NCBI GenBank assembly: GCA_039819245.1
Contig: JBCBSJ010000001.1
Location: 21,941-85,940, forward strand
DNA: 64,000 nucleotides
Origin: Cyanobacteria bacterium J06638_20
GTDB taxonomy: Bacteria > Cyanobacteriota > Cyanobacteriia > Elainellales > Elainellaceae
Direction: 5' to 3'
Below, piece by piece: positions 10,525-19,725 of the stretch (positions are counted from its first letter, which is position 1; the number at the start of each line of letters is the position of its first letter). Both the position numbers and the translations under genes were made by a program. Under the pieces are notes generated by a model, which saw nothing but the letters and a program-made list of their open reading frames with translations, made no database searches and had not been told where the DNA came from.

Positions 10525-11718
10525 TTACGTAGCCGACGATCGCGGTACCGCCGGTTGACGACGGCGCCGAATATCCATGACGACCTGTATGATGCAGGCC
10601 AGTGCCACTAAGGTCACTAAGCCAATAGACGTCAAGCCTTCACCCGTAGCGCCCAGGAACAGCACAAAGGCAGCGGATGCTAGACGGTAGGTGCTCAGAA
10701 CTTGGCGAAATCGAGGGGTGCCGAGCGTGCAGGTGAGCCAGTGAATCGCGGCCAGCACAATGAGCGCCACTGCGATCGCCGAACAAAATAACCAGCGCTC
10801 AGCCAGATCCGGCGTTGCGGCCAAGCTCTTTTTCACCATATGTTCTACCCCAACGCCCGTCATCGTGAGGCTTGCCGTCAGAGGTAAGTGGGCGTAAAGC
10901 CACGTAATGCCACCGGCCATCCGTCCTTTCTGCATGGACTTCAGGGGGGAGCCATCGGCTGAGTCAAAATAGAGCCACCAGAGACTACAGGCGATCGCGA
11001 GCCCCAAGATAGCGGTCAGCTCAGCCGTTAAAGTCCAGTCTAGTTCAGCTAACCCATTGACTACCCCAATGATCGACTCCCCCAACACAATGATGGTGAA
11101 TAATCCTACCCGCTCGGGAATATGAGTCATGCTAGGCGGTAGTGTCATCACGAGGCGTCCAGCTGTGAGCGGCGTTGTGAAATCTACCAGCAGACCCAAC
11201 AACCACAGCAGATAGCGCCAGGGAGCCGGTACCCAAACTGAGATGAACCACAACATCACACTTACCCCAAAGCCAGTGCTGTACCACCGCGCCAGCGATC
11301 GAGCCTGGGGGACAAAATACCCAGCAATGAGATACTGCCCAATCAAAAGCCCCCGAAAGAGGGCATAGCATAGGGCAAATCCGACGGCCCCCTCCTTGAG
11401 ACCGTGATGAGTGTTGACTGCCATCGCCACCACAATCCCCATCTGCACAAAGGTCAACAAGCGATCGGCCAGAGTATCGGCATCAAATCGAGTCGCGTAA
11501 AAGGTTGCGCCGACCCAACACCACCACAGAGGCACAAACATGAGCCCAAAACTTGCTGCGCCAGCCCAGGTCAAGTGGGCACTCAGATAATGGGCTAGCT
11601 GACTAATCGCCGCCACAAACACTAAGTCATAAAACAGCTCTAGCCAGGTGGCTCGGCGTTCCGTTGCTTCGGTATCATCTTGGCGGAGTCGAGGGGGCTG
11701 CCAGAGAGAGTAAGTCAT
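10525..11718 (-). CDS. Low temperature requirement protein A family membrane protein
   Basis: ATWLELFYDLVFV; ERVGLFTIIVLGE. Confidence 0.88.
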   Translation of the reverse strand: MTYSLWQPPRLRQDDTEATERRATWLELFYDLVFVAAISQLAHYLSAHLTWAGAASFGLMFVPLWWCWVGATFYATRFDADTLADRLLTFVQMGIVVAMAVNTHHGLKEGAVGFALCYALFRGLLIGQYLIAGYFVPQARSLARWYSTGFGVSVMLWFISVWVPAPWRYLLWLLGLLVDFTTPLTAGRLVMTLPPSMTHIPERVGLFTIIVLGESIIGVVNGLAELDWTLTAELTAILGLAIACSLWWLYFDSADGSPLKSMQKGRMAGGITWLYAHLPLTASLTMTGVGVEHMVKKSLAATPDLAERWLFCSAIAVALIVLAAIHWLTCTLGTPRFRQVLSTYRLASAAFVLFLGATGEGLTSIGLVTLVALACIIQVVMDIRRRRQPAVPRSSAT

Positions 11719-11795
11719 AGGGGCAATACTGCTCATCCGCCCCATTCTGCCACGGCGATTCTACTTCGCTGCAATCTGGCAAAGGAGAGTCAGGA

Positions 11796-12629
11796 ATGAA
11801 CGCCCAGGTTACGTCCATAGAGAAAAGCATCGACTGCCAAAATTACCAATTTAATTACCTGGTCACCGGGAATCCTCAACTATTACCAGTTCTTTTCTTA
11901 CATGGATTCATGGGTGATTGTCATGCATTTGATCCAGTGATTGCTTCCTTGTCCCAGGAGTCTCATTGCTTAGCAATTGATTTACCAGGCCATGGCAAAA
12001 CTAGAGTGCATGGTAGTGATGAACTGTATCAAATGGCGTCTGTTGCTCAAGGAATCATGGATTGTCTAGATGTCCTAAACGTTCAGCGGTGTCATTTGAT
12101 CGGATATTCCATGGGAGGACGACTAGCACTCTATTTGACACTCCACTTTCCTCAGTATTTCCACAAAGTCATCCTCGAATCTGCCTCCCCTGGTTTGAAG
12201 ACGCAAGCAGAACGAGAGCAAAGAATCGCTAGCGATCGCCAACTAGCCGACCAACTTGAAACGACCGATTTTCTATCCTTTTTGACGGAATGGTACGATC
12301 GCCCCTTATTTGCATCCACCAAGCAGCATCCTGACTTTGCCAGAATGCTCAAACAGCGATCGCAGCATAATCCACAGAAGCTAGCGAAATCACTTCGTAA
12401 CCTCAGCAGCGGTCTTCAACCTTCTTTGTGGGAAAAACTACCTGAAAATTCAGTCCCCTTGTTACTCCTCGCAGGTGAATTTGATCAAAAGTTTGTTGAT
12501 ATTAATGCTGAAATAGCAGGTAGGTGCCCTCTCACCCAGTTAGAAATCATCGCGAACTGTGGTCATAACATCCATTTTGAAAGGAGTGATGTCTTTTTAG
12601 GTAGGACTAGAAACTTTCTCGATGTGTAA
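11796..12629 (+). CDS. menH: SHCHC synthase MenH-like hydrolase
   Basis: LHGFMG, GYSMGGRLAL, LESASPGL, GHNIH. Confidence 0.82.
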   Translation: MNAQVTSIEKSIDCQNYQFNYLVTGNPQLLPVLFLHGFMGDCHAFDPVIASLSQESHCLAIDLPGHGKTRVHGSDELYQMASVAQGIMDCLDVLNVQRCHLIGYSMGGRLALYLTLHFPQYFHKVILESASPGLKTQAEREQRIASDRQLADQLETTDFLSFLTEWYDRPLFASTKQHPDFARMLKQRSQHNPQKLAKSLRNLSSGLQPSLWEKLPENSVPLLLLAGEFDQKFVDINAEIAGRCPLTQLEIIANCGHNIHFERSDVFLGRTRNFLDV

Positions 12630-12743
12630 TTTTGGCCAGGAGATGTTGGTGGGATAAGAATTGAGAAGCCAGGAGTCAGTCAAGAAAATTCAGATGCTGA
12701 ACTCAAACCTTATCCAGATTCAGAACTAAAGTTTTCTGTTGCG

Positions 12744-12824
12744 GAAACCTCACCGCCTGCGGCACCTCTCCTTACCTTTGGTGGAACCTGCCCAGAGGGC
12801 TTAGGAGAGGCTAGTTGAGGTTCC
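12744..12824. repeat. Second copy of the palindromic dispersed repeat at 2254-2365
   Basis: Shared 25-bp exact segment and a 19-bp near-exact segment, inverted. Confidence 0.7.
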
Positions 12825-13245
12825 TCAGAAGCGACATAAAACTACAGTTTTCAAGGTGGACGGGGTTTATCCACCTTCGCGATCAGTCTTTTTCAGTCGC
12901 TAACCTTCCCCTGACCATAACGAAAGGCAGAAGAAAAAAGGCAGAAGGCAGAACCGGAAGTCCTGACCTATCAAAGCTTCAGCGATCTATCCTATGCGAA
13001 CCTAACTGCGGCTTGCTACCTCAAGGCACATCACTTGCCGTTAGTACCTTGAGGGGATCTTGCGAGGGGCGGGGGGAAGTTGAGTTCCCCACCTTGGGGG
13101 CTTGGGGGCTTGTCCCCAGGGGTTCACGTATCTGCCCTAACGTTCCTAACCAACACCCTTTACGCCATAGCACTATTGACGGGACATCCAAGACACGCTG
13201 ATATGGTGTGGCATGAATGAAAAAAATTGATATCAAATAAATCCG

Positions 13246-13656
13246 ATGCAAAAGAATTTTCTTCTACTGGGTGCTACTGCCCTGGCTTTGGCCCTAACCC
13301 CGAATAGCGCTTGGGCTGATGAGGTTTGGTCGACTGAAGAATACGATGTGATTTATCAAGAAGACCGGGGCCGCACATCTGTTTGGACCTATGGAACTGA
13401 CGGTATGGTTTTTATCGATGGTTTGGCTGGGATATATCGCGATCGCGGTTCCTACAGTGGTTATTGGGTGCAAGCAACCTCTTCCCTCCGCTGCGATACT
13501 TACCGTGAAGGGGCTGATGGCGAACCCACCTATCACTGGGGCCACTTTGAAGTGACGTTCATCGATCCGGATTTTCCATCTCGCTGGCAGGCGGATATTA
13601 GCCTTTGCGACGGTGACCCTATTGTCACGCTCAACGGCACACCGATTACGAACTGA
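13246..13656 (+). CDS. Secreted hypothetical protein
   Basis: Signal peptide ending AWA; 136 aa. Confidence 0.75.
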   Translation: MQKNFLLLGATALALALTPNSAWADEVWSTEEYDVIYQEDRGRTSVWTYGTDGMVFIDGLAGIYRDRGSYSGYWVQATSSLRCDTYREGADGEPTYHWGHFEVTFIDPDFPSRWQADISLCDGDPIVTLNGTPITN

Positions 13657-13670
13657 TATTCTCGCGAGCC

Positions 13671-15407
13671 CTAAAATCCCAAATCAGCCTTAGCCGCTTC
13701 CGCAGCTTTAAACAGAGGCTCATCCGGCATGTCATCCCAGGCGGTGGCTCCCACCTCGGCATAGAACTGGGCATCGTAGGCGCGAGTCTGCACTACCACT
13801 GGCATCGGGCTGGCATGACCCAAAATTAGCGCCTGCTGCTTGGAATCCAACTTGGCTAGCACCGATCGCAGACTTTGGCCTCCCGATACGCCGGTAAAAA
13901 TGGCATCAATGTCTTTTTCATCGTTCAGCAGAGCTGTGATGCGCGTCCCGATTTGGGACATGACCTCGTTATCAATACCCGAAGGCCGCTGATCCACCAC
14001 GAGGAGCGTGACAAAGTACTTCCGCATTTCGCGGGCAATGGTGCCAAAAATGGTTTGGCGGGCCGTAGCGGGATCCAAGAAGCGATGGGCTTCCTCAATG
14101 GTGATCATGAGCTGTTGGGGGCGATCGCTGGGATTTTTCGATTGCAGAAAACGCTCCGCCTTACGCACATAATTGGCATGGATGCGACGGGCAATCACAT
14201 TGGTTGCCAGCATGTAGGACAGCAAGTTGGACTGGGAGCCAAACTCTACGACCACATGCTTCCCAGCATCTAGGGTCGTCAGAATTTGGCCCACGTAGTT
14301 GTGGGGACAGGCGGCTCGAATGTATTTCAAATCTGCCAGCCGCGTGAGCTTTCGCTGTAGCGCCATAATGGAGGACTTGTTCCCCATTTTGGCTTCGCAA
14401 AACTCCTGAATTTCCTCATTGGTCAAGGTCAGGAGGCGATTGATCCAACCTTTGCCAAATTCGTTCCGCAGGATGATGGCATTTTCCAGGCTGGCTTCCG
14501 AGAGATTGAGTTCACCCCGCACCAGCATCAGATCTTCAACATCAATTTGATCAAAGCTGATATACAGCTCTTGGGCATCGCGCACCCCTCGGCGCTTGGT
14601 AGCTTCTGGATCGAGGGTGAAAATTTGTACCTGACCGGGAAATAGCTGTCGCAGTCCCTTCACAGTGCTGAAGTGTTTGCCCTCGCTGACTGCTTCCCAG
14701 CCATATTCTGAATGCATGTCAAAGATGAGGTTGACCGCCGCCTGCCGCTGAATCGTTCCCGACAGCAGCACCCGCGTCAAAAAGGATTTCCCCGTGCCCG
14801 ATTTCCCAAAAATGCCGTTGCTCCGCTCCACAAAGCGATCCAAGTCCAAACAAATCGGTACAGCCATATCAATGGGATGCCCAATCATAAAGTTGCGGCG
14901 ATGGGGATCTTCTTCCCAACCAAACACAATGCGAAAATCGCGATCGCTGGCGTCGTAAACCTGACTAAAGTGACCCGGAATCGTTTTCACCGGCAGTAGC
15001 TCAACCGCTGCACTGCTCTGAGCTTCATAGGAAGCCAAGGACGATTTTGAATCGCGACGACGATTTTGAACCTTTTCCCCGTTGCTTTTGCTCCCGCGCC
15101 CCTCCACATCCGTCGGCGTAAACATCAGCATCGGACTCAGACTCATCGTGCCGTAGGTGCCTGTACCCGACAGCACTTCTTGCAGAAATAGGTTCGAGGG
15201 TTCAGGAGGATTCGCCAGAATACGAGCACTAGCCGTACCCAGCGCGACATCCGTCAACATGCAGAAAAAGCGCGATCGCCGCCCCTGCACCACCAAAAAC
15301 TTGCCGACGCGCAAATCTTCAACGGATACATCCGGGTGCAAGCGGACTTCCAATCCGCGACTCAGGGAGCCTTCAATCACTGAGCCCAGTGGTTTGCCTA
15401 ACTCCAC
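13671..15407 (-). CDS. HerA-like (DUF87) ATPase
   Basis: GKSGTGKS Walker A, IFDMHSEY, IEEAHRF, AREMRKY, DQRPS. Confidence 0.88.
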   Translation of the reverse strand: MELGKPLGSVIEGSLSRGLEVRLHPDVSVEDLRVGKFLVVQGRRSRFFCMLTDVALGTASARILANPPEPSNLFLQEVLSGTGTYGTMSLSPMLMFTPTDVEGRGSKSNGEKVQNRRRDSKSSLASYEAQSSAAVELLPVKTIPGHFSQVYDASDRDFRIVFGWEEDPHRRNFMIGHPIDMAVPICLDLDRFVERSNGIFGKSGTGKSFLTRVLLSGTIQRQAAVNLIFDMHSEYGWEAVSEGKHFSTVKGLRQLFPGQVQIFTLDPEATKRRGVRDAQELYISFDQIDVEDLMLVRGELNLSEASLENAIILRNEFGKGWINRLLTLTNEEIQEFCEAKMGNKSSIMALQRKLTRLADLKYIRAACPHNYVGQILTTLDAGKHVVVEFGSQSNLLSYMLATNVIARRIHANYVRKAERFLQSKNPSDRPQQLMITIEEAHRFLDPATARQTIFGTIAREMRKYFVTLLVVDQRPSGIDNEVMSQIGTRITALLNDEKDIDAIFTGVSGGQSLRSVLAKLDSKQQALILGHASPMPVVVQTRAYDAQFYAEVGATAWDDMPDEPLFKAAEAAKADLGF

Positions 15408-15550
15408 ACACTGTTCCCCAATCCTTTCTGTCAGCCATGGTAGCCCGTCTTCGACAACTTTAATACATTTGTTTTTAAGTTCATATGTTTCATGTGTTTG
15501 GCAATAGTATTACAAGCCTTGGATACATACTTGATCGTTCAGACGACCTG

Positions 15551-15889
15551 CTAAAAAGGATTGCGACGGCTAATCATCAATCTGTAACCAAAGCTCATTG
15601 CTACAAACGATACAAAGAATTGCCACAGGCTAGTCGGGTTCAAAATGGCTCTACTACTCAAGAAGACACAAACAATTCCAACACCGACGGCAATCCAACC
15701 CAATAATTTGGCGTCTCCTGGCAAAAAAATTAGCATCACGCCTCCAATGCACAGTGATAATACCGAGACATCTGCTGCGATGTTGCGCCACCAGGGATAC
15801 GCATGTGTTGTAAAGAGAATGTTTTTACCAAGGAAATAAATACCTAACAGCATCAAAGCGAGTCCAATGAGGAAATACAAAAATCTCAT
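15551..15889 (-). CDS. Small 4-TM hypothetical membrane protein
   Basis: Four hydrophobic segments. Confidence 0.7.
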   Translation of the reverse strand: MRFLYFLIGLALMLLGIYFLGKNILFTTHAYPWWRNIAADVSVLSLCIGGVMLIFLPGDAKLLGWIAVGVGIVCVFLSSRAILNPTSLWQFFVSFVAMSFGYRLMISRRNPF

Positions 15890-16235
15890 TGCTGTGAATC
15901 CTGTAAACGACAGCTAGGAATCAATTCAGCGCGCACATGGCGCGGGTGTATCGCATAGATAGTTGAGTTATAGAACAAAACAACTATTCCATTTGTGCCT
16001 ATGGCCTATTTTCGCTAGACCGCAGGCACAATCGAAGAATGCCAACATACTAGCTGCGATAACAACGACTTCATAGATGTGCTGTAAGGGTCTTGCCGAA
16101 TCGCGAGACTTGCCTACCGGAACAAGAGAAGCGAAAGCCAAAAGACAGCCTAGTAATTTAAAGCAAATTAAAAAAAGCTTTTTAATTTAGAATCAATATC
16201 AGATTAAAGCTTTTTATTTTTTTTAAAAGATTCAA

Positions 16236-16712
16236 ATGCTAGACACTTTCGATTTGAAGATATTGTCTCATCTGGCGAAACAAGCCCGCATGACCTGGGC
16301 TGAATTAGCTAACCGCCTCGGTGTGTCAGCCCCTGCCATCGCCGATCGCGTTCGCAAACTAGAAGAGCGCGGCGTGATTCAGGGTTATGTCACTCAGGTG
16401 CATCCCCCCAGTCTGGGCTACGACCTGACGGCCTTTATCGCCGTGACCTTAGAGCATCCCCGCGATCGCGAAGCTTTCCTAGGCCAAGTTCAAACCCTGG
16501 CCGCAATTCAGGAATGCCATCACGTCACAGGGGACGATGACTATCTCTTGAAAGTCCGCTGCCAAGGCACCCAAGGACTAGAAGACCTGATCACCCATCA
16601 GCTCAAGCAAGCCATCCCCGGCATTTGCAAAACCCGAACAACCATCGTGCTTTCGACGGTCAAAGAAACCATCGCGCTGCCTTTACCGGTTCAAGCATCG
16701 TCCGAAGCATAA
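16236..16712 (+). CDS. Lrp/AsnC family regulator
   Basis: N-terminal HTH; ECHHVTGDDDYLLKV. Confidence 0.92.
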   Translation: MLDTFDLKILSHLAKQARMTWAELANRLGVSAPAIADRVRKLEERGVIQGYVTQVHPPSLGYDLTAFIAVTLEHPRDREAFLGQVQTLAAIQECHHVTGDDDYLLKVRCQGTQGLEDLITHQLKQAIPGICKTRTTIVLSTVKETIALPLPVQASSEA

Positions 16713-16807
16713 GAATTCATTGACTTGACAACTGGATGAGTTCCGTCGGGATCGACTCCACTGCTCTCAATCATCTTGCTTCCCTCCCTCTCACCAGAAG
16801 AAACACC

Positions 16808-17479
16808 ATGCTGATGTCTTTTTTCTTACAAGGATTATTGATTGGATTAGCGATCGCGATTCCCGTGGGGCCGATTGGCGTGCTCTGTATTCGCCGGACA
16901 CTCGCGATGGGACAGTGGGTCGGCCTGTTTTCCGGTTTAGGGGCAGCGACGGCGGATGGCCTCTATGGTTGCATTGCCGGTTTTGGCTTAACGGCTATTT
17001 CTGATTTATTGATCCAACAGGCTGTATGGCTACGCATCGTAGGTGGTCTCTTTTTGTGTTATTTGGGGATTACGACTATTTTCGCCAAGCCCGCCGCATC
17101 GCTGAAGGCGGCGGACGAGGCAACAGAGACACCTGATACCGATGTTGCCTCTACCCGTGAGGCATCCGTCGGGCGATCGCTGTTGAGTGCCTATGGTTCG
17201 ACGTTGGCTTTGACATTAACCAATCCAGCGACTATCTTCTCTTTTATTGCAGTTTTTGCCGGACTGGGTATAGTAGAGGCTGGTCGCGACTACGCTACAT
17301 CTGGGGTGCTTGTTGGGGGTGTTTTCCTGGGTTCGGCACTATGGTGGTTTTTCCTGAGTGGAACTGTCAATCTATTTCGCACCTTTCTAACCCCGACCAG
17401 AATGCGATGGTTGAATAGGATTTCTGGACTTGTGATTCTGACGTTTGGCATTATTGCGTTGACCCTTAGGCAAGGATGA
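16808..17479 (+). CDS. LysE family exporter
   Basis: AIPVGPIG, GLGAATAD, LTLTNP; alternative start at 16736. Confidence 0.88.
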   Translation: MLMSFFLQGLLIGLAIAIPVGPIGVLCIRRTLAMGQWVGLFSGLGAATADGLYGCIAGFGLTAISDLLIQQAVWLRIVGGLFLCYLGITTIFAKPAASLKAADEATETPDTDVASTREASVGRSLLSAYGSTLALTLTNPATIFSFIAVFAGLGIVEAGRDYATSGVLVGGVFLGSALWWFFLSGTVNLFRTFLTPTRMRWLNRISGLVILTFGIIALTLRQG

Positions 17480-18669
17480 AAGCAATCTATATCAGGCAAA
17501 CCCGTGACTTGAGGCGCTGGCGCTGGGCCGTGAGTACAGTGCTACTAGCGATCGCCCTCATTCTCTTGGCTGCGGCAATGCCCGCTCCCGCGACGGAGCA
17601 CCCTGTCCTGATGGCCCAATCCCTGCAAGAACTCCAGCAAAAGAAAAAAACTGTCGACCAGCAGCGTCAGTCGCTACAGGAAGAGAGCGAGCAGCTACGT
17701 CAGCAAACGAATCAAGCTGAGCAAACGCTGGATGGGTTAGAGGATACGATCGCCGCGACATCCGATCAAATTGCCGCTACGGAATATCGCTTAACCAAGG
17801 CTGAAGAACGCTTGCAGGCTGTTAAAGATTCCTTGCAGGTAGCAGAAGCTGCCTATGAGGAGAGTCGGCAGGCAACGGTCGCGCGTTTGCAGTTTTTGCA
17901 GCGGCAGCAAGGGAGTAAGGGGTGGGCTGTACTCCTGCAAAGTGAAAACTTCAACGAATTTTTGGAACGGCGCTATCAGCTTAAACGCGTCTATGCATCT
18001 GATCGCAACGTGTTGGTCGATCTGAAAGGCAAAGCCGATGAGCTGAAAATGCAGCGGGAAATCGTTGAAGAACAGAAAAACCGCGTGGCGCTGCTGCGGC
18101 AGGAGCTTCTGGCGAAGAAGCAGCAGTATGAAGCCGAAGCGGAACAGCAAACACAACTCATCAGCCGTTTGAACGAAGATCGAGCCGCACTTACCGCAGC
18201 TCAAGCTCAGTTACAAAGAGATTCAGACGCGATCGCGGCCTTGATTCGTGAGAAGGTTGCTGCCTCCACCGGCATTGTGCGGGGTACGGGTGTCTTTATC
18301 TACCCGGTCAACGGTCGCTTAACCAGTGGGTTTGGTCAACGGCGTCACCCGATTTTAGGCACCAGTCGCTTCCATGCAGGCGTCGATTTTGGTGCGAGTC
18401 AGGGCACCACGATTCGAGCGGCGGATTCCGGCAAGGTGATTTTTTCCGGTTGGTATGGCGGCTATGGGCGCGCTGTCGTCATTGACCACGGGGGTGGTAT
18501 TACAACGCTGTACGCCCATGCCAGTCGTCTGTATGTGAATGTGGGGCAGGTCGTCAGCCAGGGGCAAGCGATCGCGGCAGTCGGGTCAACTGGCCTATCG
18601 ACTGGCCCCCACCTGCACTTTGAAGTGCGGCAAAACGGCAACCCCGTCAATCCGATGCCTTATCTCTGA
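17476..18669 (+). CDS. Coiled-coil M23 peptidase (EnvC/MepM-like)
   Basis: Signal anchor, long coiled coil, HAGVD and GPHLHFEVR zinc motifs. Confidence 0.9.
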   Translation: MKAIYIRQTRDLRRWRWAVSTVLLAIALILLAAAMPAPATEHPVLMAQSLQELQQKKKTVDQQRQSLQEESEQLRQQTNQAEQTLDGLEDTIAATSDQIAATEYRLTKAEERLQAVKDSLQVAEAAYEESRQATVARLQFLQRQQGSKGWAVLLQSENFNEFLERRYQLKRVYASDRNVLVDLKGKADELKMQREIVEEQKNRVALLRQELLAKKQQYEAEAEQQTQLISRLNEDRAALTAAQAQLQRDSDAIAALIREKVAASTGIVRGTGVFIYPVNGRLTSGFGQRRHPILGTSRFHAGVDFGASQGTTIRAADSGKVIFSGWYGGYGRAVVIDHGGGITTLYAHASRLYVNVGQVVSQGQAIAAVGSTGLSTGPHLHFEVRQNGNPVNPMPYL

Positions 18670-18803
18670 CCTTTACTCCGCTGTAGGTGCTCCATAATGC
18701 GAACCTTACGGGCTTCCTGCTCCCGAGGATCGGGGGTGTTCGGGGTTAGTTTAATGCTGGAACTCAAGGAAAGATGCTTCTGGATTTGTTGCTTGTCAGC
18801 CAT
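18660..18803 (-). CDS. 47-aa small protein
   Basis: AGAGGTAGG RBS; MADKQQIQKHLSLSSSIKLTPNTPDPREQEARKVRIMEHLQRSKGQR*. Confidence 0.6.
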   Translation of the reverse strand: MADKQQIQKHLSLSSSIKLTPNTPDPREQEARKVRIMEHLQRSKGQR

Positions 18804-19725
18804 GACCTACCTCTGCGCTTGATAAGAAAACTAGAAAAGCCAGGACAGACACTTCGACGTGAAGGCTACCCTGGCAATCATCACTATGAAGGGCTGCCCT
18901 CTGCGGCATAGAAGACATCCCTTAATACCTCTTAATATACTTTAGCGAGTAGAAAATCTAAAGCGTTTGTAGACAGCTTTTAGCTGTAGTAGTTCCCGGT
19001 CACTATTGGCTTGCTAAATAGGCTGGGTAATCATAGGAGTCGTGAGGATTTTGCGCATATGTGGCGCAGACGTTGATGTGCCACTGCTTATAACTTGAGG
19101 TGATGTCTCAGGTTAAGGATAGGGGGTATGCAGTATCTGGAACAACATTTGGAACAATCCAGTGTGTTGTCCTTCTGCATGATTAAGGTTCGGCTCATAA
19201 GCAACTGGAATCGTCCGATCGATTCCTCGAACAGGTCTGAGCATCATCAATTAAAGTGATGTAGTAAAAGTGACAATTCATGTCACGCTTTCATCAGACA
19301 TTACTGCTACGACAGGGTTAATCTGCGAGGTCGATTGGTTAGTATAGCAAGCTGCAAACAGGTTCGGTCACTCCAGATAGCTGTAATCAGCATCTGGCAA
19401 GCCTTTCAATTCCGTATTCCGACTTCAGAATTCCGAATTCTGCTGTAGGGTATCTTGCTGATGGGTTGCCATAGCAGCTGTATTGAGTAATGAACACCAC
19501 AGATGAGACGGTCTTGCAATCAGGGTTTGCGCTAGCTTGACGGCTACTACTCGGTTAGTTTCCTCGTGAATCGAGCTTTTTCCTACTGAGGATAGAAGTC
19601 CCAGAATGGCATCCCCAGTATGGTTGGTCAGGAGCTTTGCTTGACATCAGGGGTAAGGGAACCTATCGAGTTCATCGGCATCGGATCTAACTGGCCGCAC
19701 CAATTTTCAAGCATTACCGATAGAA

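Noticed and set aside
13671..15407. HerA-like ATPase as an antiphage system
   Set aside because: No adjacent Sir2, nuclease or NurA partner; looks like the ordinary cyanobacterial DUF87 protein
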